Part shown: positions 12,921 through 29,285 of the stretch, piece by piece
Position numbering within the stretch: position 1 is the first letter of the stretch
Layout of the letters: every line of letters starts with the position of its first letter
Source: Octopus vulgaris
Lineage: Eukaryota
Length of the DNA: 64,000 nucleotides
Assembly (NCBI GenBank): GCA_951406725.2
Contig: OX597820.1
Location: forward strand, 125,364,001-125,428,000
Direction of reading: 5' to 3'
Made by a program: the position numbers and the translations under genes
Notes under the pieces: generated by a model
The model's input: only the letters and a program-made list of their open reading frames with translations
Told to the model about the DNA's origin: nothing
Database searches by the model: none

Positions 12921-14529
12921 TTTGTTTGGCATCCTTTCTGTCTCGGGAGACAATGGAGTTGCGCATTTTTTTTTTTTTTCTAGGTCTAGTCCGGCTGTTA
13001 TATTTTATTTCCTGTTACATTTCTTGCTGTGGCTGTGTAGCCCTATCCTGGACAAACACTCCCTCTGGCAGGTACTGCAAATGTAGCGAAGACTGTTCCT
13101 GGCTGGTTGTAGTTCCATGGTCTCTTGTTTATGTCTCTTCCTTTCATTCCATTTCTCCTCTCTCTTTCTGTCACTCCTCTGTATACCCTCTTTTACTGTA
13201 CGTCGCCATTCTCCACGGTTGCCGGCGACTGCCTCCCAACCGCTAATGTTGATGTTGCAGGCCTTCATATCCCTTTTGCAAACATCCTTGTAACGTAAGA
13301 TCGGTCTACCCACAGACCTAGTACCCCTAGCAAGCTCTCCGTAGAGTATGTCCTTGGGGATTCTGCCATCTTTCATACGGCTAACATGCCCAAGCCATCT
13401 CATACGTCTTTGTGTGAGGAGTGCAAACATGCTTGGTATTCCTGCTTGCCTGAGGACATCTTTGTTGGGGATATGATTCTGCCATTTGATGTGGAGGATT
13501 TTTCGGAGGCAGCGCAGGTGAAAGATGTTTAGGCGACGCTCTTGGCGTGTGTATAGCGTCCAGGTCTCGCTTCCATACAGTAGAGTGCTGAGTACACATG
13601 CCTGGTAGATCTTCATTTTTGTGGTCTTGGTCAGCTTATTGTTGTCCCAAGCCCGTTTGGAGAGTTCGGCCATCGCAGCAGCTGCCTTGCCAATGCGTAT
13701 ATTGAGCTCAGCGTCAAGGGATAGGTTGTAGGTGATGGTAGAGCCCAGATAGGTAAACTTCTCCACCTCTTGTAATCTGTGGTCTCCAATATGTATGTTT
13801 GGGATGTCCGATGTAGCCTGGCCCATGATGTTGGTCTTCTTAAGGCTGATAGCTAAGCCAAAGTCGTTACATGCTTGCTCAAAACAGTTAATGAGCCTTT
13901 GGAGGGCTTCTTCTGTGTGTGTTACCAGAGCGGCATCATCAGCAAATAACATCTCCTTGATCAGGACGTTTCTGATTTTGGTCTTGGCACGCAGGCGCGA
14001 GAGATTGAACAGTTTCCCGTCACTTCTACTGTGCAGAAACACTCCATCATCTGATGTCTGAAAGGCATGTGACAGCAAGAGTGAGAAGAAGATGCCAAAC
14101 AATGTAGGAGCGAGGACACAGCCTTGCTTTACCCCGTTTTTTATTTGGAAGGCGGCTGATGTTGAACCGTTGTGCTGTATGGTGCCTTGCATGTCATCAT
14201 GGAAAGACTTGATGATCCTCAGCAGCTTTGGTGGACATCCGATTTTTTGGAGCAGGAGGAAGAGGCCTGTTCTGCTTACCGAGTCAAAAGCCTTTGTTAG
14301 ATCAATGAAGGCCATATATAATGGCATTTTCTGCTCTCTGGACTTCTCCTGAAGTTGGCGTATGGAGAATATCATATCGATAGTTGGTCTGCTTCTTCTA
14401 AAGCCACACTGCGATTCCGGATAGATTCGAGAAGCAAGTAGTTGTAGCCTGGCCAGGATAACGTGGGCAAAGGTCTTTCCAACAGTGCTTAGAAGGGATA
14501 TACCACGGTAATTGTTACAATCACCAGAC
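12921..14529 (-). mobile_element. RTE-clade (BovB-like) LINE, 5'-truncated, flanked by (TA)n
   Basis: Open frame 14528-13005 (SGDCNNYRGISLLS, ESQCGFR, FIDLTKAFDSV, GVKQGCVLAPTLF, LFADD, C-terminal CxxC..H zinc knuckle) and a short 3' UTR with ccattgtctcccgagacagaaaggatgcc. Confidence 0.95.
13005..14528 (-). CDS. RTE LINE reverse transcriptase, partial (507 codons without a stop; endonuclease missing)
   Basis: ORF-track protein of 456 aa plus 51 in-frame upstream codons read manually. Confidence 0.9.
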   Translation of the reverse strand, partial: SGDCNNYRGISLLSTVGKTFAHVILARLQLLASRIYPESQCGFRRSRPTIDMIFSIRQLQEKSREQKMPLYMAFIDLTKAFDSVSRTGLFLLLQKIGCPPKLLRIIKSFHDDMQGTIQHNGSTSAAFQIKNGVKQGCVLAPTLFGIFFSLLLSHAFQTSDDGVFLHSRSDGKLFNLSRLRAKTKIRNVLIKEMLFADDAALVTHTEEALQRLINCFEQACNDFGLAISLKKTNIMGQATSDIPNIHIGDHRLQEVEKFTYLGSTITYNLSLDAELNIRIGKAAAAMAELSKRAWDNNKLTKTTKMKIYQACVLSTLLYGSETWTLYTRQERRLNIFHLRCLRKILHIKWQNHIPNKDVLRQAGIPSMFALLTQRRMRWLGHVSRMKDGRIPKDILYGELARGTRSVGRPILRYKDVCKRDMKACNINISGWEAVAGNRGEWRRTVKEGIQRSDRKREEKWNERKRHKQETMELQPARNSLRYICSTCQRECLSRIGLHSHSKKCNRK

Positions 14530-14530
14530 T

Positions 14531-14611
<81 letters not shown>

Positions 14612-14614
<3 letters not shown>

Positions 14615-14742
14615 AGGGGAGAATTCACACAAAGAAAAAAAACAAAAGACGAAGACAGGTTTTGTAGACAAAAAACAGATGTATTAATGTAACACTTGGG
14701 AAGTGAAAAAGTCTTTGACCTTTCGAGCCTACGCTCTTGGAC
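14612..14742 (-). mobile_element. Short (TA)n-abutting repeat family H with hammerhead-like motif, truncated copy
   Basis: aaaagacgaagacagg...aaacagatgtatta...gtctttgacctttcgagcctacgctctt is shared with copies at 49010, 49357, 57812 and 63711. Confidence 0.75.
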
Positions 14743-14768
14743 TCCTCTTGGACTTCATATATATATGA

Positions 14769-14835
<67 letters not shown>

Positions 14836-16659
14836 CATATATATATTTATGTATGTATGTATGTATATATTGTGTTTGTGTTTGTTGCTGTTTGTCTTTG
14901 TTTACTGCACCACTTCACAACAGGTGTTGCCATGCCTCTCCCCGATCTCAAGACTTTGACGTATTCGAGAATATGATGGAAAACCTTTCCTGTATGTGCA
15001 CAAAAATGTTGTATAAAATATGATATTTAGAAACTTACGTAGGAATGAAATTTTCAATAACGTTGTGGGGAGCTCATTAAAGGCATACGAATTGTTCTGG
15101 CTGCGGTTTCTACAGTGAAAAGACAATTTCAGGCACAATTTCGTGAATACAAAATGAAAACCGGAATAAATTATATATACGAGGAACTACGATTTTGATA
15201 CATGGAACTTTATGCTGCTAGAAGATTCAAATATCATATATCACACCGAAACAAGTCCACCAAATTTACTCATAAGTATTCACCACCGTTCTGCTTGCAG
15301 AATATTAGTGCAATTCAGTTATACGTACTTTGCTTATGTTCTGTTCTAGGAAGCTGCATCACGCTTCTAATTCTTCATCTTCTTTATATGCACCTATCAC
15401 TACAAATAGCTTTCTATATATTGTTTTATTTCTATAGTCAGAGGAAAGGTTTTTCGTCAGAGCAATAATTCCCCAGAATTCTTTCAGCATTTACTTGTAG
15501 TTTTTAATTACAAAACTTTTGTTTTTAGTCCTTCAGATCAATCAAGTTATTCGATAAATACATAACGTATCTAGAATTCCACCCACGATAATTGTAGTTA
15601 CTGTCTATTAAATTACAATTGACTTACATTCTAAGTTTATTTTGAAGCATGGCCTTTTTTGTAACCGTTTCTACGAATCGCTGGAAAAACTAGAATGTGG
15701 ATGGCATTGTTACGTATTGTAGTTGCAAATTAAATAAGGTCATATATACCTTTGAACAGAGATGACAGAAAATATACAATATAAAATTTGAATAAAACTG
15801 TTTCGAAATCAAAAACTTTCTATTATTGCATCCTGCTTGTATGAAATGAAACATTTGTTGTGAAATATATACAAATAGTAACATAATCTTCCTCCATCTT
15901 AAAAATCAATAAAATCAGGCGAACAAACATTAAATATCACTCAATTAAATACTATCAAATTATATTAGCAATTCTAGAAGTGGACTTTTGCAATATTTGA
16001 AATTCGTGTATGACGCAACATTAAAGGCATGCATTTGTTCTTTGAAAGGGAATTGAAGTAAATTAAATTCTGCACATAGGTTTATTTAAAATATTTTGAA
16101 ATATAACGCCATTTCTGAATTAGCAAAGATTGTTAATGCAATCTCAGATTTAAGAGGTTATTTGAATATTTAACCTTCTCCTGAATATTGTAATTAGTGT
16201 GTAAATAGTTATTTTATTAATATAATTTATCAGTAATTTCCAAACTCGAACATTTACATTTAATATTCTTGTGATTAGTGTCTAACTGGTCTTTTGTGGG
16301 AAATAGTGCATCTGATATATTTTCTATCTAAACATCACATGCTGATCGAACAAATCATTTAAGCAAATAAAATCCAAAACGCTATATCTTCTAAATGATT
16401 TGTGCGAATTAACAATCTATATGTTCTCTGAAACAAATATTTATAAATTCAAAGACAACATTTAGCTTTTTCAAAAATTTATTAATTGCGATTAAATCAG
16501 AATCTATTACATGGACTTCGAAATGTTCCTAATTCAAAATTAATCAGCTTTTTAAGTTATTTTCAAATTAAGCATAAAAATGAAAGAATAATGATTTTCT
16601 AGATACAATAGCACTCTATGGTTAAACACTGCATATATATTTGTAAATGAAAATTGTTA

Positions 16660-17075
16660 TAAATACTAGTTTCAAATGTTGGCACAATTCCAGTAATTTT
16701 GTGAGAGGAGGTAAGTCGATTACATCGACATCGAAAGGATAAAAGACAATGTTGACTTCGGCAGAATTTCAGTTCGGGACGTAAAGATGGACGAAATACT
16801 ACTAAGCACTTTGCCTGGCATGTTAACGATTCTCTCAACTCGGCGCCTTAGAATTTTTATTATTGTTAGCTTGAAAGTTGGGCACAAGGGCAGCGCTATT
16901 GTGGAGGCATGTCGATTATATGAGCCCCGGTTAAAAAAACTGGTACTTATTTCTCTGAAAGGATGAACAGCGAAGTCATCCGCGGCAGCATTTGAACTAA
17001 GTACCGGAAACGGAAGAGTTGCTGCTATTTTTCTTGACACAGTAACGATTCTGTCAGCACGCTGCTTCAGAAATT
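16660..17075 (-). mobile_element. Two degenerate SINE family 4 copies (Meta-domain-like)
   Basis: Reverse complements of the 58157-58375 SINE (aagtcgattacatcgac; tggtacttattt...tgaaaggatgaa; aacgattctgtcagc). Confidence 0.6.
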
Positions 17076-18089
17076 GATATAAAATTTGTTGCACTTAGCA
17101 ATATTTCTTTATTACTGAGTGTAGGGCCAAAACAAGAACTGCTGAAGTAGGTAACTTTTCCTCTCTTGAAATATAGGGAATAAATGAATAATGGAAGATT
17201 TCAGTCCAGACAACAGTAACTTCTTTAATAAAATTTCTTGTATTTTCTTTTTCTTTTTGATACTATTCGGGTAATCATTTTAGCAGTATATATAAAGTTG
17301 TGTCGTGAAGTGGTGAAATTTGCAGCCATTCTTAAATGCTTTCCCAAGATGACATAGGGGACATATGCTTCATATTAAAGGTATCGGGATGATTACAAAG
17401 GGTTCGACATACACCACATACACACACACATACAAAAACATATGAAATGTAAAATTGCTGCAGATATGTATAAATAGAAATGATTTAATCTTAAAGTGTT
17501 AAGTGAAATGATATATAAGCAAGATGAGAGGAGTATGGTGATAGAACACACTTCGATATTTAGAGCCATAATCTGTAACTGGATGACATGAGAAATATGT
17601 AAACCTTTTCGACTGATCAAGGATCAACACATTTTCTGCAAACTTTTGAGCAAGGCTCTCATTTGATGACAGTGCCACCGTGCATTAATCGTTTTCTTTT
17701 GGTGCTGCATGATAAGCGCCTTAATATACTATCAGATACAGAGTGTTATCTTTTTGCGTGTAGTTCTCGTTTAGGATAGATTCTCCATTTTCATTGGATG
17801 GTAACAAATGACGTTTTCGTAGAAATGGCTATAGATAACTCATGTTTGCTGATTTATGATGGACCTACTCAGAAAATTTGACTGCAAGTTAGCATTTCGA
17901 CGTCAGCAGAGGGCAGCACTTCGATTAAATCGAGGAGCGGTTAAATGATGAGGGACCAATCGATCTATCAAATTAGCAACATTTCCTATTTGATGAATGT
18001 GCTTTATATAAGTGTGACTAGTATTGAACTGTTTTGTAAATCGCACGCCGTTTGCTTTGGATTTTCCTCGTGTACGTTTATCATAACCA

Positions 18090-18270
18090 AATATTGACAG
18101 AAATTGGTCAAGCAGATCGTAAAGTTTCTACGAGAAAATTATTTCACGAATGAAATTGGCCAAAACATTTTGGGCATATGCGGAGATTAAAGCGTCATTT
18201 CGAGACACAGAACGAATATTTCTAGCCGTTTCTATAGCTGATGGGCCACTTTTCAGTTTATACGTCTTAC
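18090..18270 (-). pseudogene. Mariner transposase N-terminal HTH remnant
   Basis: YKLKSGPSAIETARNIRSVSRNDAL...LANF resembles the mariner YEFKLG.SA.E.ARNI..FG.D motif. Confidence 0.5.
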
Positions 18271-18503
18271 ATTGTCTGATAAAGGTCTGATAAAGGTCTG
18301 ACCCCCCCCCATGCACGAACATACTCTATACACATGTATTTACATATATACACACACTCTCACACGAATACACACACACTTAGTAATTGGTGCAGTTGAA
18401 ATATGCGTGGGTCTATGTAAGGCTGTATACATAAAAGAATTAAAGGTAATGCTATGCTACTTTGTAATAATCATCATCATCATCGTTGTTGTTGTTGTTG
18501 TTG

Positions 18504-18553
<50 letters not shown>

Positions 18554-18633
18554 GTTGTCGTTGCTGATATATATATATATATATATACATTCATATAAAT
18601 ACATTGTTTTTTTTTCTCTTTAAAATCCACCAG

Positions 18634-18756
18634 GTTATAAAAGATTATAAATTGTTCCTGATCGTCGGAGTCCTGTTAGTTGTCGACGGTGTAATGTTAG
18701 GTACTTGGTGGGGCATGGATCCATTCCACATTGCAAGCAAAGAATTGTCACATTCG
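18634..18756 (+). CDS. GABBR2: GABBR2-like exon B (TM4-ECL2): VIKDYKLFLIVGVLLVVDGVMLGTWWGMDPFHIASKELSHS
   Basis: Pyrimidine tract then ccaccag|, donor |gtaagt; 123 nt, phase 0. Joins exon A as KK|VIKD; the IKD.KL...D......W...DP pattern matches GABA-B2. Confidence 0.93.
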
Positions 18757-18789
18757 GTAAGTGTTTGCATTATTTCTCATGTTTCCGTA

Positions 18790-19085
18790 TCTTTTATCTT
18801 TTGCATCTTGCAGTTAATAGACCGTGACCATGCTGGTGCATCGCCTTTATTAATATTTAGTCCGACGAATCGGTATCAGTGAGCTTTGTTTTTAAAAGCC
18901 TGGTATTTATTTTATCGAACACATTTCACCGAACTGCTACATTACGGCGACATAAAAAAATCAAGACCTTTTCTCAAGCGATGGTGGGGGAAAATTCACT
19001 GACAAAAAGACACAGAAACACGCACTCGCGTGCTTACACAAACACATGGATACACGTATATATACGAACGGGTTCTTTCATTTTC
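18790..19085 (-). mobile_element. SINE family 1, degenerate 3' part, about 35 nt downstream of exon B
   Basis: gaccatgctggtgcatcgccttt...tcaagcgatggtgggg matches the family-1 reverse complement. Confidence 0.65.
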
Positions 19086-19167
19086 ATTTTACCTCACAAG
19101 AATTGTTTTGCAATGATCGAAGTAAAGGATTCAGTAGTTTTATTTATCATTTAAAATTTGAAATCGA

Positions 19168-22430
<3,263 letters not shown>

Positions 22431-22500
22431 TAGGCGCAGGAGTGGCTGTGTGGTAACTAGCTTGCTTACCAGCCATATGGTTCTGGGTTCAGTCCCACTG

Positions 22501-23525
22501 CCAAACATCACCAAGTAAGAAAATTTCGCTATCAAAAGACACAGATTGAGAATTCCATCATAATACTTCCAGCGGACAAGAGAAATGCTAAAGTGGTGAT
22601 GAGAAAGTCTGCCTCCTCGGAAAAATTGTCAAGTCTTATAAGTGATGGTGGCTATACTAATGTAAAGAAAGAGCCAACTCTGAGAACAAAGATAATGTTG
22701 GCACAGCTCTAGATGAAGAGCAGGGATAACTTTACATCAATGAAGTACAGACAACTGACTCAACACTAAAATAAACTACCACATTCGTACGGTCTCCCTA
22801 AGATTCACAAGGATGGTATTCCATTAAGACCTTTAGCAGTTTGAGAAGCTTCACTTTTTCTAGGATCTTTCTCACTTTCCACCTTAGTTCACCTCCCTGA
22901 GCTCTTGGTATCTTTAAGGCTTTCTCTTCAATAGGGGCTATTATGTCCGAATATGGAATGGGCTGGATAGTTGTCACAATGTTGAGACCTTTGTTTAATA
23001 CTGCTTCTTCAGAGTATTCTAGGTGTCGGCTGTGGAGGCGCAATGGCCCAGTGGTTAGGGCAGCAGAATCGCGGTCTTAGGATCGCGGTTTCGATTCCCA
23101 AAACGGGCGTTGTGAGTGTTTATTGAGCGAAAACACCTAAAGAGCTCCACGAGGCTCCGGCAGGGGAGGGTGGTGATCCCTGCTGTACTCTTTCACCACA
23201 ACTTTCTCTCACTCTTACTTCCTGTTTCTGTTGTACTACGTTAAGGGTGCACGTGTCTGTGGAGTGCTCAGCCACTTACACGTTAATTTCACGAGCAGGC
23301 TGTTCCGTTGATTCGGATCAACCGGAACCCTCATCGTCGTAACCGTCGGAGTGCTTCCATCCAGATGTCGGCTACTTACATTAATTACGACTTTCGCAGG
23401 TGGCTGACGGTCTTCAGTCTGCGCTCTGTGACCTTTGAGGTATATAAACTTCTTAATTTTATACGTACGACTTTTCTGCATCTTGTTGGATTCTCATTCT
23501 CTCATCATCTCTTGCTATTTCCATC
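22501..23525. pseudogene. Degenerate Penelope-like RT N-terminal fragment with an internal inversion
   Basis: Minus strand 23525-22831 gives VINVS|SRHLEYSEEAVLNKGLNI...WKVRKILEK. Plus strand 22501-22830 continues PNITK...IIILPADK...YGLPKIHKDGIPLRP. Confidence 0.8.
23032..23362 (+). mobile_element. tRNA-derived SINE family 2 with target-site duplication
   Basis: Head GGCGCAATGGCCCAGTGGTTAGGGC...GGTTTCGATTCCC; flanking direct repeat TGTCGGCT at 23024-23031 and 23366-23373. Confidence 0.85.
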
Positions 23526-23578
23526 CCTGTACGATGAAAATAGTAATATTATTATTATTATTATCGTTATTATTATTA

Positions 23579-23671
<93 letters not shown>

Positions 23672-23675
<4 letters not shown>

Positions 23676-25320
23676 ACGCGATACTCTCTCAAAAAATTCG
23701 CAATTCTAACCAAAACCTGAAAATAATTGGTAAAATCTGCCTTGTACTTACGGATTTAATTTCAGCTAATGATGTCGATATCACAGATCACAACAATCTG
23801 TACTATGCATCCACGAAAATCGTAACGATTCTCTGTGGTGAAAAGATTAGAGAACAACAACATTCTCACAAACAACCTTCTTGACAAGAACATTTTCAAC
23901 ACTAAATTCAGCAAATTAGGTCTCACATAGAATGTATGAAAAACCTTAAGTTTGAAAAGACTACGAAACCTACAAAAAACAGGAAATTAAAGACAGGAAC
24001 ATAATATGAAAAACATACCTGACATTCATGCCATCATAGAAACCATCAAGCAAAAGGTATGTTTTAAAGCTGCCCGCATAGCAAGATATGAAAGGCGCGT
24101 TAGATTCTTCAAGGGAAACATGTTCTAAAATAACCCGAAAATTGTTTACTGGAAGAGAGGAAAAACACCAGTTACAGTAAGGACTGTCCCACCAAAAAAC
24201 GAAGTGCAGGAATTTTGGAATAAAATTTTGGAGAAGAAAAAACACACAATGAAAACGCCCCATGGATTGATAGAATATGTACAGACTTAGACTCCTTAGT
24301 GGAGCAAAATGGGAGGGTACCAAGGTTGAAGATATAAGATATATAAGATATAAGAGCAGAACAACACAACATAGCATGGTATGTAAAAACAATTCCACAG
24401 AACCGCTTTATTAGAAGTAAAAATCCACGCTTGTGTAGGATGAAAGATTGCAAAGATAAAGCACTGTGCATGCAATTGAAAACGAATGAAAATGAAAATA
24501 GATGGGTAAAGAAAAGGATGCATGGACAATTTCATAGAGATGTTGAAGATAAGATAGACAGCGACAAAAAAAGGTGGCTGTCAACGACAAAAAGTGATTT
24601 TAAAACGGGAAACGGAGGCTCTAATCTATGCTGCTCAGGAGCAAGCACTAAGCACCAATTACATAAAATACAGAATAGAGAAAAACAGAAAGAATTTGTG
24701 GACAAAATGGTGATACCGTATTGCATATTACCAGCCAATGTACGCCACTATCCCTGAAGGAATATAAGAGACGCCACGATAATATAGCAAAGCATGTCAA
24801 GTGGACACTTTGCAACAAGTATGGACTTGACAGAGATAACAATTGATACGACCATAAACTCGAAGACATCATCGAAAATGATAATGCAAAGATACTGTGG
24901 GGCCTTATGATTCAGTGCGACCATGAGATGGAGACTAGGAAGCCAGACGTAATCTTTATTGAGAATGAAAGCAAACTATGCCGGATCGTAGACATAGCAT
25001 GCCCAGCTGACAACAAGTAAGAGAGAAATGTCGGATAGATATGACAGGTTGGCTTGGGAGGTTAAGCAGTTATGATCGATGAAAAGGTGGTAATAGTAAC
25101 AATAATTGTTGGAGCTCTGGGAACAGGGAGTAGAAATCTTGAGAAGTACATGAAACAAATATGGGCTACAATAAGGGTGAAGCACTTGCAGAAAACAGCA
25201 CGAACCGCACAAATACACCGGATGGTTCTCAAAATATAACGGCGTTACCTCCTTAGTTCAGTGGTAATGAACATCTGACACCGTAGTATATTTCCAGTCA
25301 TAGAAGCTGTGCAAAGGTTA
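23672..25320 (+). mobile_element. Degenerate R4/Dong-type (restriction-like endonuclease) non-LTR retrotransposon in (TAA)n
   Basis: Frameshifted motifs MHGQFHR, ETEALICAAQEQAL, HITSQC...YKRRHDNIAK, KILWG..IQCDH...RKPDVI..VDIACP and VGALG; flanked by ATT/AAT tracts. Confidence 0.8.
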
Positions 25321-25425
25321 CAGCATCATCATCAACAACAACAACAACAATAATAATAATAATAAGAAGAAAAACAACAACAACAACAGCAACAATTTCA
25401 ATATAATTAAACATATATGTCTATG

Positions 25426-25481
<56 letters not shown>

Positions 25482-26505
25482 TGTGTGTATATATAAAATT
25501 GTTCAACTCCTCTACGTATTGTACCGCATAATATTAAATTTCATGGTTTTTAAGATTAATATTACGTATACGATGTCTTAACATTGAATGAAATTACATG
25601 TCTTGAAATACAAAACAACCGTAGACAGATAAATTACATTAAAGTAATATGTCAGGGAGATGAATTGTGAAAACTTATGTGTATGGAGACATTTTTTAAA
25701 CTTTATAATATTTGAATGAATATGCTTAATAGAATATTGTTATGAGAAAGTAATTCAATCATGATTTTTATGGTTAACTATAGAAATTTAAATTTCTTAA
25801 ACTAATTTTATATATGTAAACTTGCAATGTATGTATGCATGCATATATATTTTCGAAGGGAATAAAAAATAAAAATGTTTACCTTGTTATTTTTTACGGT
25901 TATACCGAGGTTTCAGATTATTTAATCAAATAAAATAAATTTGTTAGGCCAATCCTCATCAATAACCGTGCTTCAACAGTCAACATATAATTTAGAGATA
26001 AATAACACATGTTCCATCATTATATGTTATAACTTTTCAAAATTCACCGCGCAAGCGCAGTTTCAGTCGCCGGTGCAAGGAGAAATGCCGAATCGACCTT
26101 CGAAAAGCTGAAATCATATTCGTAAAATTATATAGGGTGGGGAATATTTTAGAAACTATACTAAGTCAATAGACAACATATTCTCGATATGAAGTAGTGT
26201 ACATTTAAACACAAGAGAAAACTACCTTTAATAGGTAATATTCTACACGCTAGAAGAAGCTGTCAAAGTCACCAAAACCACATTTAAAATCAATTTTCGA
26301 AGGGAATGGAAAACAGAAACATATATATATATATATAAAGAGTGATAAAGTAGAAGAACTGGCATTCTTTTACTGCAATATTTTAAGTAAAATGTTTCAT
26401 ACTTTTACGTTACTAGAATAGCTTGTCCTATATTTTCCAGCTTTAAAAAGCTTAAGAATTTTACTTTTCACGCTCGCAATTTACCATCTAATAAATATAT
26501 ATATA

Positions 26506-26616
<111 letters not shown>

Positions 26617-26730
26617 ACATACACATATATATATATACATACATACACATATATATATATATGTGTATGTATGTATATATATATATATATATATATGTAT
26701 ACATACAGATATATATATATATACATACAT

Positions 26731-26768
<38 letters not shown>

Positions 26769-26881
26769 TTAGAGACAAAACCACTATTAGGCAAATCAAA
26801 CAATGAAAGACTTAAGCCAATACATATGATTAATTTATATTATTTAAATATGTAACAATTATTAAAAAATATAATTAATAT

Positions 26882-26944
26882 CCACTACGATCGTTTCCTG
26901 CCTGCTGTCTTTAAATTTTTGAGTCGCAGTCATTCATCAGGTGG
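26882..26944 (-). ncRNA. Minimal type I hammerhead ribozyme, canonical core
   Basis: Minus strand CCAC-CTGATGA-ATGACTGC-(loop)-GCAGGCAG-GAAAC-GATC-GTA-GTGG: stem I CCAC/GTGG, palindromic ACGATCGT stem III, GUA cleavage triplet. Confidence 0.78.
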
Positions 26945-28175
26945 TTTCAAACTTTTTCTTGGCGAGTTTTAAACAATATATATATATATACTACAAGCTT
27001 CTTTCATTCTCCGGCTAACAAATCCAATTCGAAGGCTGTGATATACCAGAACCAATAGTAGAAGATGTATGCTTTTGGGACTAAACTTAGAATCATATGG
27101 TTTAATACGAAACAGTTTGCCACACATTCACGGCTGATTATAAAGTTAGAATCACAGAGTTTCTAAAGTAAAAAGAAAACTGTCGCTTAATTTATGTCTT
27201 GGCATTTAGGTTGCGATGGGTTAATTTTCAGTATATGAAATATCTGCAATATATTCAGAACTCCTTTTAAAATTTCGTAATGAAATGCTTTCGGACAGTA
27301 ATAAGTGCACCCAATTATTCACTACAAATATCTATTTACTATGTACTCCATCGCTTTCTATTACGTTAACATTGACGTGGGTCATTTAATTATTGTGCGT
27401 GCTAAATAGTTAAATTTCTTTCATTATTAGGAGATAATGATATCTTGGTGCACTAAGAGAATACATAAAGAAAATAGCTCGCGGAATTACAATTTCATAC
27501 ATTATTCCGTAATTTCATTTCTTCTTCTCTTGAATTATCATTATTACTATAATTATTAAGGCGTCAAGCTGGCAGAAACGTTAGCACGACAGGCGAAATG
27601 CGTAGCCGTGGATGTGACTCGGAGAGAAGGAATTGGAGAGGGAAGTTGCTCCTTGGGTTTCAGGGAAACCTTTGACAGTAGGATTCCTCGATTATCCCTA
27701 TAAACCTTCCTTTATCAGGAGGGCCATATGTCTATCATCCTCCTCGCCATTTTCTTTTAACCGTTGTATACTACGCATTTCCCTTCTAATGTGGCTATAG
27801 ACATTTCTTGAAGCACCCATAAAGAAGTCCTGGTATATAAACAGATCGTTCAGCGTTCATAATAAACTTCATACATAAAATATAATAAAGTGTAACAGAT
27901 TTATAAATATACAGATACTCGTTCGGGGTAACTGGAAACAAACACGGAGTATATTACCTTCTAACGTACCATTTTGTTTGTTCACGAAACTCCTCACATA
28001 GCTGAAATAATTAAGTCTGTAGGAATTCTGCTAGTAGTTTGGTTTGGTAAATATAATACTTCGTGGAGCACTGCACTTCGACATCCACTTCTTTTGGGAA
28101 TATTTACTTGTTGAATTGCAGTTTTAAAAATGGGTTTCCGTTGATACATATCTTCATCGAATTATTTTTTTTCAT

Positions 28176-28430
28176 TCTTCTTCTTCTTCTTCTTCTTCGT
28201 CTTCTTCTTCTTCTTCTTCTTCTTCTTCTTCTTCTTCTTCTTCTTCTTCTTCTTCATCTCCGTCTTCTTCTTCTTCTTCTCCTCCACCTCCTCCTCCTTC
28301 TTCTTCTTCTTCTTCTTCTTCTTCTTCTCCGTCTTCTTCTTCTTCTTCTTCTTCTTCTTCTTCTTCTTCTCCGTCTTCTTCTTCTTCTTCTTCTTCTTCT
28401 TCTTCTTCTTCTTCTTCTTCTTCTTCTTCT
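28176..28430. repeat. (CTT)n microsatellite
   Basis: Seen directly. Confidence 0.95.
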
Positions 28431-29229
28431 TTATCTGCCTTTATTCCCCTCTTCTCCTTCTCATTCGGTTTGTCATTTTTTTCTGTTAATGTCTTAATAT
28501 TAATTCTGGTTTGTATATCAGGATATGCATTTTGTTTCCTTTTTAAGTTTATTCTACAGCATGGTATATAGGATAGGTTTTCATAATTATGTCACTTTTT
28601 TCTTTGGATGTTTTCACGGAAACATCTTTACCATTCATCGTCATTTGGAGTTATGCTTTTCTTCCACCGTGTATATTTTTTATTTATGTTTTGGTGCAAT
28701 GTGCAAGCCTTCGTTTCGTTTTTAAATTGTTTTATGTTTATGCAAAAGTGTTACTTTTATGATTTCTGTGGTGTTTTCATTGCAATGTTTGCCTATTCAA
28801 TATCTGCTATTTCTATTCTTACATATTCCGCTAATTTTTGCCGTGCATTGTCTTTGTATTTTTCTTTCATTCCTTCTATATTGGTAAGGTTTTGTTAATT
28901 GCATCTCCTTGACACTCATTACTGGATTGCTAATTTATTAAGAATTTCCTCTATATTTTATCTTGCATATTTTTAAATGGTTTTTTTTTAGGGACAAGTC
29001 GTAAAAACAACAACCATACTGAGTTAGTAGTAGCATCAGCAATACATAGTGGGTCAGCATATTCACAAAGCTACCTTTCTGTAGCCAATGAATGATAAGC
29101 ATGAGTGACGATGTCCCAGGAATGTGTTCGTGGAACAGGGGACAAACTTTCGACTCATCAGCTACTTTGTAACTATTACATATCATAAAAATGACTGTCC
29201 GTGTCTGTGTGTGTATGTGTATATATATA

Positions 29230-29283
<54 letters not shown>

Positions 29284-29285
<2 letters not shown>

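Noticed and set aside
13381-14352. Overlapping alternative-frame and antisense ORFs inside the RTE element (likewise in the PLE)
   Set aside because: These are shadow ORFs of a real coding frame and contain no recognisable motifs.
27860-29190. Possible decayed LINE on the minus strand
   Set aside because: No diagnostic motif was recoverable by eye.
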